From the IMG/VR virus record IMGVR_UViG_3300035698_018317, positions 124,001 through 188,000 of that record: a DNA stretch of 64,000 bases; one strand, 5' to 3'. The number at the start of each line of letters is the position of its first letter. The stretch's first letter is position 1. The position numbers and the translations under genes were made by a program. Positions 56,170 to 64,000 of the stretch are shown piece after piece. Under the pieces are notes generated by a model that was given only the letters and a program-made list of their open reading frames with translations, did not search any database and was not told the origin of the DNA.

Positions 56170-56253
56170 AGCCTCGTGACGGAATTGGCAGACGTTCGGG
56201 ACTTAAAATCCCGTGCCCTTCGGGGCGTGTGGGTTCGAGTCCCACCGAGGCTA
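56170..56253 (+). tRNA. trnL: tRNA-Leu(TAA) copy 2
   Basis: CGGGA-CT TAA AA-TCCCG. Confidence 0.95.
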
Positions 56254-56267
56254 TTTAGAAATAATCA

Positions 56268-56351
56268 GGCCGAGTGACGGAACTGGCAGACGTGCGGGGT
56301 TCAAATTCCCGTGTCCGAAAGGGCGTGTGGGTTCGAGTCCCACCTCGGCCA
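56268..56351 (+). tRNA. trnL: tRNA-Leu(CAA)
   Basis: CGGGG-TT CAA AT-TCCCG. Confidence 0.95.
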
Positions 56352-56368
56352 GTATAAAGGTGATTAAA

Positions 56369-56647
56369 ATGACCTTACGAAGTGGAATAAAAATTATACA
56401 TCCTTCTATAAACGCTCCTGAGTTAGAAGAGACAACTTGTATCAAGTGTGGGGAAAATTTTCTTTCAGAAGACCGACGAAGAATTAGATATTGTTCAAAA
56501 TGCAGAAAGATTGTTAATTCTCCGTCACACAAATTAGGTATAGCATCAGAACATATAGATTATCGTAAAATTTTTAACCATCTGGAACCTCGCCAGATAC
56601 GACAAATGAAAATAAAAAGTCGTACAATTAGGCAATATCACTCATAG
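56369..56647 (+). CDS. Small Zn-ribbon protein (start corrected to MTLRS)
   Basis: AAGGTG SD; CIKC and CSKC. Confidence 0.65.
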   Translation: MTLRSGIKIIHPSINAPELEETTCIKCGENFLSEDRRRIRYCSKCRKIVNSPSHKLGIASEHIDYRKIFNHLEPRQIRQMKIKSRTIRQYHS

Positions 56648-57041
56648 ACTTATGTTTGAAAAGGAATCTATGCACATGTCTCATGAACTCTGGAAGTGTT
56701 GCTACTTTATCTACACGCAATGCTTCTGGAGTGAATGGTTGTGGTTTTCCCGGCATATCAGAAGAACGTCTGATAAACCCTGTAATCACAGAAGGAACTC
56801 CCTTATTGTTAGGTCTAATTACTACCACAACAATATTACCATTAGACCCATCTAAAGGGTCTGTTTGAGCATATTCTGGTAATTCTGCCACTTGGAGTGC
56901 CCATGAATTTTTATCATCATAAACATCTTTTGCGACATCTGCTAGTTGTTCAACTTGTTTGAGAATATCGGGCCAACGGGCTAATCGACTTCTTAATTGT
57001 TCAAGTGCGTGTTGTTTGACGTAACCTTTAAAAGTCTCCAT
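56628..57041 (-). CDS. Hypothetical protein
   Basis: GGAGG SD. Confidence 0.75.
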   Translation of the reverse strand: METFKGYVKQHALEQLRSRLARWPDILKQVEQLADVAKDVYDDKNSWALQVAELPEYAQTDPLDGSNGNIVVVVIRPNNKGVPSVITGFIRRSSDMPGKPQPFTPEALRVDKVATLPEFMRHVHRFLFKHKSMSDIA

Positions 57042-57160
57042 GGTCCTCCTTTAATTTATTTATTCATTATAACTAATTATTTTATAAAAGCAAGTATGGT
57101 TTTTGTTAGGCGAATATACAGTTCTTGGGATTAAACTAATGGAATTTTCTAGTAAACCCC

Positions 57161-57188
57161 TTGAATTGTTGGTGGAGTAAAGTAGAAT
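57161..57188 (+). promoter_or_regulatory. sigma70-type promoter
   Basis: TTGAAT-16 nt-TAGAAT. Confidence 0.45.
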
Positions 57189-57209
57189 AGGTGCAGAGAA
57201 ACCAGTATT

Positions 57210-59219
57210 TTGAAAAGACACACCAAGGAAATTAGTATGATTACGTGGAGAGATTTGCTTAAATTTTCAGAGACTCTTGATGAGACAGAGAAGAAAAAAG
57301 AGATTTTGATTTCAAATCCATCAAGAAAGCTGCATTATGTTTCGTACACTTGTGATGTCCAGACAGAGACAGGTGCGTTCTCAGTAGGCACTAAATACAT
57401 TAGGGCTGGGGCGAAACCAGCAGCTAGAATAAACTCTTTGTATCCCACTTGGGAAAAAATGGACGTGTTTATAGGTGAGCTTAAAGAGGAAGATTTAGAC
57501 GAGCCAGTTCTTATTTCTAGTCCTAAGTCGGAACTACATGAGGCCACCTTGTGTAAGAAATCCACCAAAGGAACTGTTTTCATACAGGCAGGTAAGAAGA
57601 TATACACATATTGGTCTTCACACTTCGAAGAACATAAAATATGTTTGTGTCGTGGTTTTAAGAATATATTTGAATACAAATTCTTAGAATTCAAGTCTCC
57701 AGTAGGGTTGATTACAAAAGACAAGAAATGGGTTCTTGAAAAGATTTGGCATGAATGGGAGAGTACCACCGCTGGCCCTTACACAGAATTAATGAAACAG
57801 AAGATAAAAAATCATCTTCAAAAAGCTACAGAGAGCGAAATACAGAAGTTAATGGAAGCAGACGGGACTACTGAAGAGTTTGAGAAGAAGTTTGAAGAGC
57901 CAAAAGAAGATGAATATTCATATTGGTATGAATTACATAGAAAATCTAGCCCTGTATCTTTTAGTTCAAAAGTACATTTGTATCGAGGTATAAACTGTAT
58001 AGAAGAAGAATGTCTTTTAGATATGTCAACAGGCATATGGACAATTGAGGCAAATTGGTTGCCAAAGAAAAAGGTGCTTCCTCTTCCTAAGACTATTTTC
58101 CAAATTTCTTCCGGTGACGTTGATGGCCTTTTCGCCTTGATAGGAACCAAAAACTTGTTTGATTGGGATATAACCCCTAAAACAAGTAAAAAATATTGGT
58201 ACATACATATTTGTCATCCTAAAGCTGAAGAAATATATTTGTGCCGAGGTGAAAAAAGTCCAGAAGAATTTATCGTAATGAAAAAGTGGTCATTGAATGC
58301 GAGTATGTGGTATAAGCTAGAAGATTGGTCAAAATGGCCAACCGACTCAAAAAGACCGTTCTGGGGCAAAGTAGAAAAAAACCTCATAGAAGTTTCTCAA
58401 GAGCAGATGTGTGAGATTTTGTTTTGCGTAGGCAAAACTGTATTAGTGGGCACTGATAAAATCAAAATAGAAGACATGTTAAGCGATAAAAAATTAGTGC
58501 CGCCCGAATACAAATATTGGTATCTTCATATTAAGAATGAAGATAAAAAAACAGAGGCAATATATGTGTATCGTGGTTTAAAAAAGCTAGAAACATTTAA
58601 GAAGATTAGTTTACTAGGTGATACATGGAAACTACAAAACTTCAATTGGACTCATGTAATGCCATGGGGTTCAAAAAGGCCAATGGACCCCTCAGACGTG
58701 ACTAAAAATGTTATAGAAATTGACAAAATAGAAGCAGAAAAATTGTTGTCTATTGATAGCAAACCAAAAACGTTTGACTGCAATACACATGTTACTCGTT
58801 ATCAGGTATGGAATAAAAAAAAAGATGACCTGAATGGTAAAGGATACAAGTATCAAAATGCGAAAGGCGACGATACAAAGGACGATGATAAAAATTACAA
58901 GTATTGTTGTTGGGCAGAACAAACCACCAATGGGTTGATGATTGATAGGCGTATATGTTTGAAGCGTAGTTTTGGTGACGAAAGCTCTTACAAAATAATG
59001 ACGATAAATCAGAGGGGTGTTTTATCAACATGGAAATGCAGTGGAGCTTGGAGAGATTGCATGGGGTTTAGTTTGGCTCACCTTGTTGGCAAAGATGTAA
59101 TATCTAAGCAAATCTCTAAATATTACGCAAACCAAATTTTGAATTTGGTTGGCAAAACAAACTTGTATTGTGTTAGGAATGTAGTTAATTGGGAAAAAGA
59201 TGCTGAAATAATATGCTGA
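57210..59219 (+). CDS. 669-aa internally repeated protein (start may be ATG 57238)
   Basis: Repeats of Y.YWY.H...IY(L/V)(C/Y)RG. Confidence 0.75.
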   Translation: MKRHTKEISMITWRDLLKFSETLDETEKKKEILISNPSRKLHYVSYTCDVQTETGAFSVGTKYIRAGAKPAARINSLYPTWEKMDVFIGELKEEDLDEPVLISSPKSELHEATLCKKSTKGTVFIQAGKKIYTYWSSHFEEHKICLCRGFKNIFEYKFLEFKSPVGLITKDKKWVLEKIWHEWESTTAGPYTELMKQKIKNHLQKATESEIQKLMEADGTTEEFEKKFEEPKEDEYSYWYELHRKSSPVSFSSKVHLYRGINCIEEECLLDMSTGIWTIEANWLPKKKVLPLPKTIFQISSGDVDGLFALIGTKNLFDWDITPKTSKKYWYIHICHPKAEEIYLCRGEKSPEEFIVMKKWSLNASMWYKLEDWSKWPTDSKRPFWGKVEKNLIEVSQEQMCEILFCVGKTVLVGTDKIKIEDMLSDKKLVPPEYKYWYLHIKNEDKKTEAIYVYRGLKKLETFKKISLLGDTWKLQNFNWTHVMPWGSKRPMDPSDVTKNVIEIDKIEAEKLLSIDSKPKTFDCNTHVTRYQVWNKKKDDLNGKGYKYQNAKGDDTKDDDKNYKYCCWAEQTTNGLMIDRRICLKRSFGDESSYKIMTINQRGVLSTWKCSGAWRDCMGFSLAHLVGKDVISKQISKYYANQILNLVGKTNLYCVRNVVNWEKDAEIIC

Positions 59220-59273
59220 AATAATACTGGCAATATTCTCTCTTTTTAGTTAGTATGTACATGAGGAAGAGAT

Positions 59274-59927
59274 ATGTATTTTATAGGTGACATTCACGGT
59301 GCTTTTAATTGGTACTTAGCTAAAGGAATCAAAGCTGCTAGTAGCTCTATTCAGCTTGGCGACTTTGGTTGGGGATTTCCTCCAGAAAAAAATAAGCGAG
59401 GGAAAGTTCTAGCCGAATCTTTAATGAGTAAAGATTTAGAGTCTATCCCCGCTATGCCGCAACATAAATTTTTATGTGGTAATCACGATGATAGGAAGTT
59501 TGTCGCAAATCATCCCAACTACATAGGAGATTGTGGGTATGATAAAAATTCAGAAATATTCTATATTAGTGGTGCTTTTTCAATTGATTTTGAGTGGAGA
59601 ACGATTGGTATAGATATGTGGGAGTATGAAGAGCTTGATTATAAAGTCCTTCTTGAAATGATTGAAATGTTTGCAGACATCAAGCCCCGAATTGTGGTCT
59701 CTCATAGTTGTCCTGCTGCTGCTCAATTTGCTATGTTCCCACATACCACAAAAAGGCACTGGCATCCTCGAACTCAATTTGCCATGGATGAAGCTTTTGA
59801 TAAATGGCAACCAGAGCGATGGTATTTCGGACATTACCACTTCAGTAAACATGTCGATATTGGTAAAACGAGGTTTCAGTGTGTTGGAATCAATCAAAGA
59901 GTAGAGTTAAAAGGTGTAGATTGGTAA
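59274..59927 (+). CDS. Calcineurin-like metallophosphoesterase
   Basis: GDIHG, LGDFG, GNHD, SHSCP, FGHYH. Confidence 0.92.
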   Translation: MYFIGDIHGAFNWYLAKGIKAASSSIQLGDFGWGFPPEKNKRGKVLAESLMSKDLESIPAMPQHKFLCGNHDDRKFVANHPNYIGDCGYDKNSEIFYISGAFSIDFEWRTIGIDMWEYEELDYKVLLEMIEMFADIKPRIVVSHSCPAAAQFAMFPHTTKRHWHPRTQFAMDEAFDKWQPERWYFGHYHFSKHVDIGKTRFQCVGINQRVELKGVDW

Positions 59928-59941
59928 TAAATTAATTGCTT

Positions 59942-59976
59942 AGAAAAAGGTGTCACAATTTGTGGCACCTTTTTCT
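59942..59976. terminator. Bidirectional intrinsic terminator
   Basis: AGAAAAAGGTGTCAC-AATTT-GTGGCACCTTTTTCT. Confidence 0.85.
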
Positions 59977-59989
59977 ATATTATAGTAAC

Positions 59990-61324
59990 ATGTTTATTCC
60001 AGATAAATTTCACTTCATATACCTTAATGAAGGAGCGGGAGCAAAACCGTTTAGTCTAGTTCATTATGTTTCTATTAAATCAGCAATAGAGGTCAACAAT
60101 CCTGATTCTGTAACCTTATATTATTCTAAAGAGCCTGATTCTTTCTGGTGGGATAAAATCAAAGGTCAAGTAAATTTAGAAAAAGTAGTACCGCCTAATA
60201 GTGTTTTTGGTAGACCAATAACTCATGTGGCTCACAAAGCTGATGTATTAAGACTTGAAAAACTAATTAAGCATGGGGGGATTTATTTAGATATAGATAT
60301 AGTTTGTTTAAAACCATTTAAAGATTTATTGAATAACAAAGTAGTTCTTGGTAGAGAAAAAAAGCAACAGATTTGTAATGGCGTCATTATGGCCAAAAAA
60401 AACTCCGCATTTCTTAAGGAATGGTATCAACTTTACAGGAGTTTTGATGACACACAATGGTCAACACATTCAGGTTATCTTTCAACTCGATTAGCTCAAT
60501 TCAACCCCTCAGTACGGTTAGAACCACCAGAGTCATTCTTTATTCCAAGTTATCGTAGACTTCCTGCCTTATTCAAAAGAAATCAAAACTTTCCACAAGC
60601 ATACTGTTATCATCTATGGGAAAAATTGTCTTGGAATTTCATAAAACAATTAACAGTCTCAAAGATTAGAAAAGAAGATACAACATTTAATGTGGTGGCA
60701 AGAAAATATTTATCTGATATAGTAATTCCACCATCGGAGGATAAGTCTAAGCATAAACATAAAGTAATATGGAGAAAATATCCTATATTTATACATACGC
60801 CGAAAACAGCAGGCACTTCTATGGCGAAGATTTTGAAGAATAATAAGATTCGTCATTTCTGGCACAAGCCTGCTAAAGAATTATTAAGAGGCAATCCTTT
60901 TTCTTTCGCATTCGTAAGAAATCCTTACGATAGATTTGTAAGTGCTTATCAATTTGTAAAAGATGGAATAGTTGACCCTGTACAGAATAAAAGTGTTTTT
61001 AAAATCATAAAGAAATGTGGTGATTTTGAAACGTTCTGTATGGATTTTAAAAATTATCCAGTTTGTACAAACCATGTAATTTTTGAACCACAATACAAAT
61101 TCCTATGTGATAAAGAAAAAATTATAGTTGATTTTATAGGCCGATATGAGAATCTACATGAAGATTGGTTTAAGTTGCTTAAAAAGCTTAAAATAAAAGA
61201 TACTCCACTTCCTATGTTAAGAAAGAGTAAAAGAACCTCAGATTATATGTCGTACTATACAGAAGATGCCAAACAAGCTATAGGTGAATATTATAAAAAG
61301 GATTTCGAAATATTTGGATATTAA
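59990..61324 (+). CDS. GT32-like (DXD) glycosyltransferase fused to a sulfotransferase-2 domain
   Basis: ADVLRLEKL..HGGIYLDIDI; FIHTPKTAGTS, RNPYDRFVSAY, FIGRYENL. Confidence 0.88.
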   Translation: MFIPDKFHFIYLNEGAGAKPFSLVHYVSIKSAIEVNNPDSVTLYYSKEPDSFWWDKIKGQVNLEKVVPPNSVFGRPITHVAHKADVLRLEKLIKHGGIYLDIDIVCLKPFKDLLNNKVVLGREKKQQICNGVIMAKKNSAFLKEWYQLYRSFDDTQWSTHSGYLSTRLAQFNPSVRLEPPESFFIPSYRRLPALFKRNQNFPQAYCYHLWEKLSWNFIKQLTVSKIRKEDTTFNVVARKYLSDIVIPPSEDKSKHKHKVIWRKYPIFIHTPKTAGTSMAKILKNNKIRHFWHKPAKELLRGNPFSFAFVRNPYDRFVSAYQFVKDGIVDPVQNKSVFKIIKKCGDFETFCMDFKNYPVCTNHVIFEPQYKFLCDKEKIIVDFIGRYENLHEDWFKLLKKLKIKDTPLPMLRKSKRTSDYMSYYTEDAKQAIGEYYKKDFEIFGY

Positions 61325-61985
61325 AATAATACATCTTCTTTCGTATCCTAAAGAGGAAAGAGAAATTAATTCTATTTCCTCAATAAGTAAATTGGATATT
61401 CCTTATACTCAACACGTAAACACTGTGTTCACAGGTAAACCTCCTGAGAGTAAATGGCCGTGTGAAAATTCCATAAGGGAGACATCATACGGATGTTACG
61501 ATTCTCATAAAAAAGCTCTTGGTGAATTTAATACAGATTATCTTTTAGTCTGTGAGTGTGATTGTATTATCTCAATTCCTCCTAGCCAATTTCTTGAAAT
61601 ATTACCATTTTATATCAAAGATATGGAAGAGAATAATATTGCTTGTTTAGGGATTGGCTCTTTTTGTAATACGATAAAAAAAGAAACTAAAGAATTGTAT
61701 ATTTGTGAGAAAATGGCCTGTACTCAATGTTTGCTATACTCGTCTGAATATAAAGAAATGATAAACCAAGATGAAGATTGGCAACCATATGACAGTTGGT
61801 TGAGTCGAATTTTAGGAGAAAAAGGAAAATTAGCTGTTGTAAAACAACGTACAACGCATCAACATATTGGTCGTTCATTGATAGATGGATTAGATAAAAG
61901 AATGGCGAAAAGAGTAGATTCTAATGGCACAGAAGATATATTTACCATATGGTCAGATGGCATGATATACAATGCTACTTTTTAA
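61284..61985 (-). CDS. Glycosyltransferase-like (GT25/GT-A) protein
   Basis: SYGCYDSHKKAL...LLVCECDC. Confidence 0.55.
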
Positions 61986-61992
61986 GTTTCAT

Positions 61993-63138
61993 TTATTGTA
62001 TTGTAATGGGCAGTTTTTTTGATTGGTAAAAAGGAATGGGAGGTGTTCTACGGTATTCAAACCTATTCTGTTGGCTTTTTCTTACACACATATCAAATAA
62101 CTCCAAGTCGATATCTTGTAAGACAGCACAATATTTTTTTGTTCCCTTTGGGCATTTATCTAAAGGAAGTGGAGAAACGATACCACATGGCTTATGTTGA
62201 CAAAATCCACTACCAAACATGAAGGTGGGAATTTTATATTTATGAGCGATATATTTAGGAGGAAGAGTGGACATAATACCTACAGAAGGAATTCTAAATG
62301 CTTCTCCAAGATGTACTCCAGCAGAATCAGGAGACACAATAAATTCTGCATTAAACGCTAAAGAGAATACGTCTATTGCTTCTGTTTTTCCAGAAAGATT
62401 TTTTACCCCTTCTATTTCTTCCAGTCTATCTAAACAATTATAACGTCCGTAAACATAAACCTTTACACCATATTGTTTTAATATATGTTTAATTAATTTT
62501 ATGTTTGTTTTAGGAGGAAGATTTTTGCAATTCCCACTTGAATGCCACTGTAGTAGGACATATTTATCGTTTTTATCTATACCAAGTCTTTCGTAATAAT
62601 CTTTATTTGGATATAATATTTCTTCATTTGTGAAAGCCCCAAAATCAGGAAGACCTTCATATTCCATACCCACAGTATTATACAGACGTTGTATAATACT
62701 TTGATTATCTACCCATGACCTATCCGCTCTGTCTTTTTCCGTCCAAAAAAACATAGCAGGTATTTTGTGTGTAAATGTGTCAAATTCTTCTTTTGTGATA
62801 TATGGTTCTCTAAGATTTATACTTGAAGGAAGAAAATTAGAATAGAATTTATTTATAGGAGGAGTAGAACACACATCTAATCTACATCTCATTCTACTTT
62901 TAATCCTATATATATCTCTTAAATAAGTGATAAGCCAGATTGAATCACCCATGCCAAGAGTGGCATCGCCTTGCATCATATACACAGCCGATTCTTCTGG
63001 GCTTATACGGTTTCCGCTGTATACTTCGATATCATAATCAGGAGCTACTTCACTAACTGCGTTTTGGGGTAATGAGCGAGGCTTACCCCAAGTTACGTAT
63101 TTTTTTTTGTCTTGTTTTCTTGTCCATGTCCAAAACAT
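61993..63138 (-). CDS. GT9 (heptosyltransferase-like) glycosyltransferase
   Basis: GMGDSIW; NLSGKT...VSPDSAGVHLGEAFRIPSVGI. Confidence 0.8.
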   Translation of the reverse strand: MFWTWTRKQDKKKYVTWGKPRSLPQNAVSEVAPDYDIEVYSGNRISPEESAVYMMQGDATLGMGDSIWLITYLRDIYRIKSRMRCRLDVCSTPPINKFYSNFLPSSINLREPYITKEEFDTFTHKIPAMFFWTEKDRADRSWVDNQSIIQRLYNTVGMEYEGLPDFGAFTNEEILYPNKDYYERLGIDKNDKYVLLQWHSSGNCKNLPPKTNIKLIKHILKQYGVKVYVYGRYNCLDRLEEIEGVKNLSGKTEAIDVFSLAFNAEFIVSPDSAGVHLGEAFRIPSVGIMSTLPPKYIAHKYKIPTFMFGSGFCQHKPCGIVSPLPLDKCPKGTKKYCAVLQDIDLELFDMCVRKSQQNRFEYRRTPPIPFYQSKKLPITIQ

Positions 63139-63141
63139 AAA

Positions 63142-64000
63142 TTACTTTGCTTTCTTTTTAGAAGTTTTCTTTTTGGGAGTTTTCTTTTTATTTTCTAAGA
63201 CATTATCGCTTATACACTTCTCTTTTGCAACAGATTCCTCTATACTATTAGAAAGTTCATCAATAATTTCGTTCTCAATTTCATTTTCATCAGGTCGTGT
63301 TGGTGCATCCGCTGTGAAAGAACGTGCAGTAAATGAAATTTCTGGATAGTAAGCTTCGTAATACCATTTATTTCGATTCACAATGGAGGTTATAATGCGT
63401 GGAGAAAGTTTTCTGAGTTCTGGCTTCTCCAATTTAGATTTGATTTTATGCATGTACTTCATACGATAGAATGAGTCGGCTTCTGGAATCGTTGTTTGTT
63501 CAATGTTATCAAAGTCTATCTTTTGAGTTTTAACTCCTATCCATGTGAACAACTCATCCATAGTTTTTTGCGGGTCGCTTAGGAAATCTTCATATCTCCA
63601 AAAATATATGTTTCGCATTATATCAGGAATATCACCAAGATTATAAATGGCCTTTAATGGACCACCTATAACTCCATTATCATCAAACATTGCCCCAGCC
63701 CTCTTATCTACTATATGCTGTTCACAATGGTCTGGGAAATCTAGAAGAAGTGTTTCTTTATGTCTTTTTTCTATACTAGAAAATACACCTCTTAAATCTC
63801 TGAGACATACTATCATTTTAAAATTAGGATAAAGGTGTTGTAATGTGGGAGCACTATGACACCATCCTCTATTTTTATCTATAGTAATAGGAGTATTTGT
63901 ATCTGAAGACCATTCTCCCATAAACGCTTTAAGAGACCGCTTTAGACGTTTGTAGACAACTTCAAAATTAGAATCTAATTGGGTTAAAAGAAAAGGGTCA
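63142..64000 (-). CDS. P-loop sulfotransferase, 5' end outside the window
   Basis: Frame open to the window edge; IDKNRGW, KMIVCLRDL...SS.E, RYEDF. Confidence 0.8.
   Translation of the reverse strand, partial: DPFLLTQLDSNFEVVYKRLKRSLKAFMGEWSSDTNTPITIDKNRGWCHSAPTLQHLYPNFKMIVCLRDLRGVFSSIEKRHKETLLLDFPDHCEQHIVDKRAGAMFDDNGVIGGPLKAIYNLGDIPDIMRNIYFWRYEDFLSDPQKTMDELFTWIGVKTQKIDFDNIEQTTIPEADSFYRMKYMHKIKSKLEKPELRKLSPRIITSIVNRNKWYYEAYYPEISFTARSFTADAPTRPDENEIENEIIDELSNSIEESVAKEKCISDNVLENKKKTPKKKTSKKKAK

Noticed and set aside
1-64000. Stop-codon reassignment as in some huge phages
   Set aside because: Conserved genes are full length in code 11 and end in TAA (sheath), TAG (gp13, gp26) or TGA (gp46); the fibre break is a frame change, not an in-frame stop

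Overview
AT-rich, gene-dense segment of a large T4-like (jumbo-type) myophage genome, read in the standard code (TAA, TAG and TGA all end conserved genes). It holds a neck/tail module (gp13, gp14, gp15, sheath, four tail-tube paralogues, gp26/gp51-like chaperones), two sigma factors, and nucleotide/recombination genes (dUTPase, class II RNR, gp46/47, Holliday junction resolvase, MazG-like). It also holds RNA-repair genes (RNA ligase, PNK-type kinase), CoaD, a DNA methyltransferase, fibre-like proteins, a glycosyl-/sulfotransferase cluster and a split tRNA cluster (47869-49702, 54942-56351). Best candidate for an undescribed system: the tRNA cluster encodes only Ser, Phe, Tyr and Leu tRNAs. It is preceded by a sigma70-type promoter, a 28-codon leader ORF with 15 consecutive Phe/Tyr/Ser/Leu codons (5 of 6 Ser and 5 of 6 Leu codons used) and an intrinsic terminator. 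This looks like a ribosome-coupled attenuator that would switch on the tRNAs whose supply it senses. Other highlights: two tRNA-Leu genes with a conserved 22-nt structured anticodon-loop insertion, atypical Phe-like tRNAs, a 148-nt tRNA-like ncRNA, a probable programmed -1 frameshift joining the gp26- and gp51-like ORFs, and about 15 genes with T4-type capsid-targeting N-termini. All calls are by-eye motif recognition; no database searches or folding programs were run.
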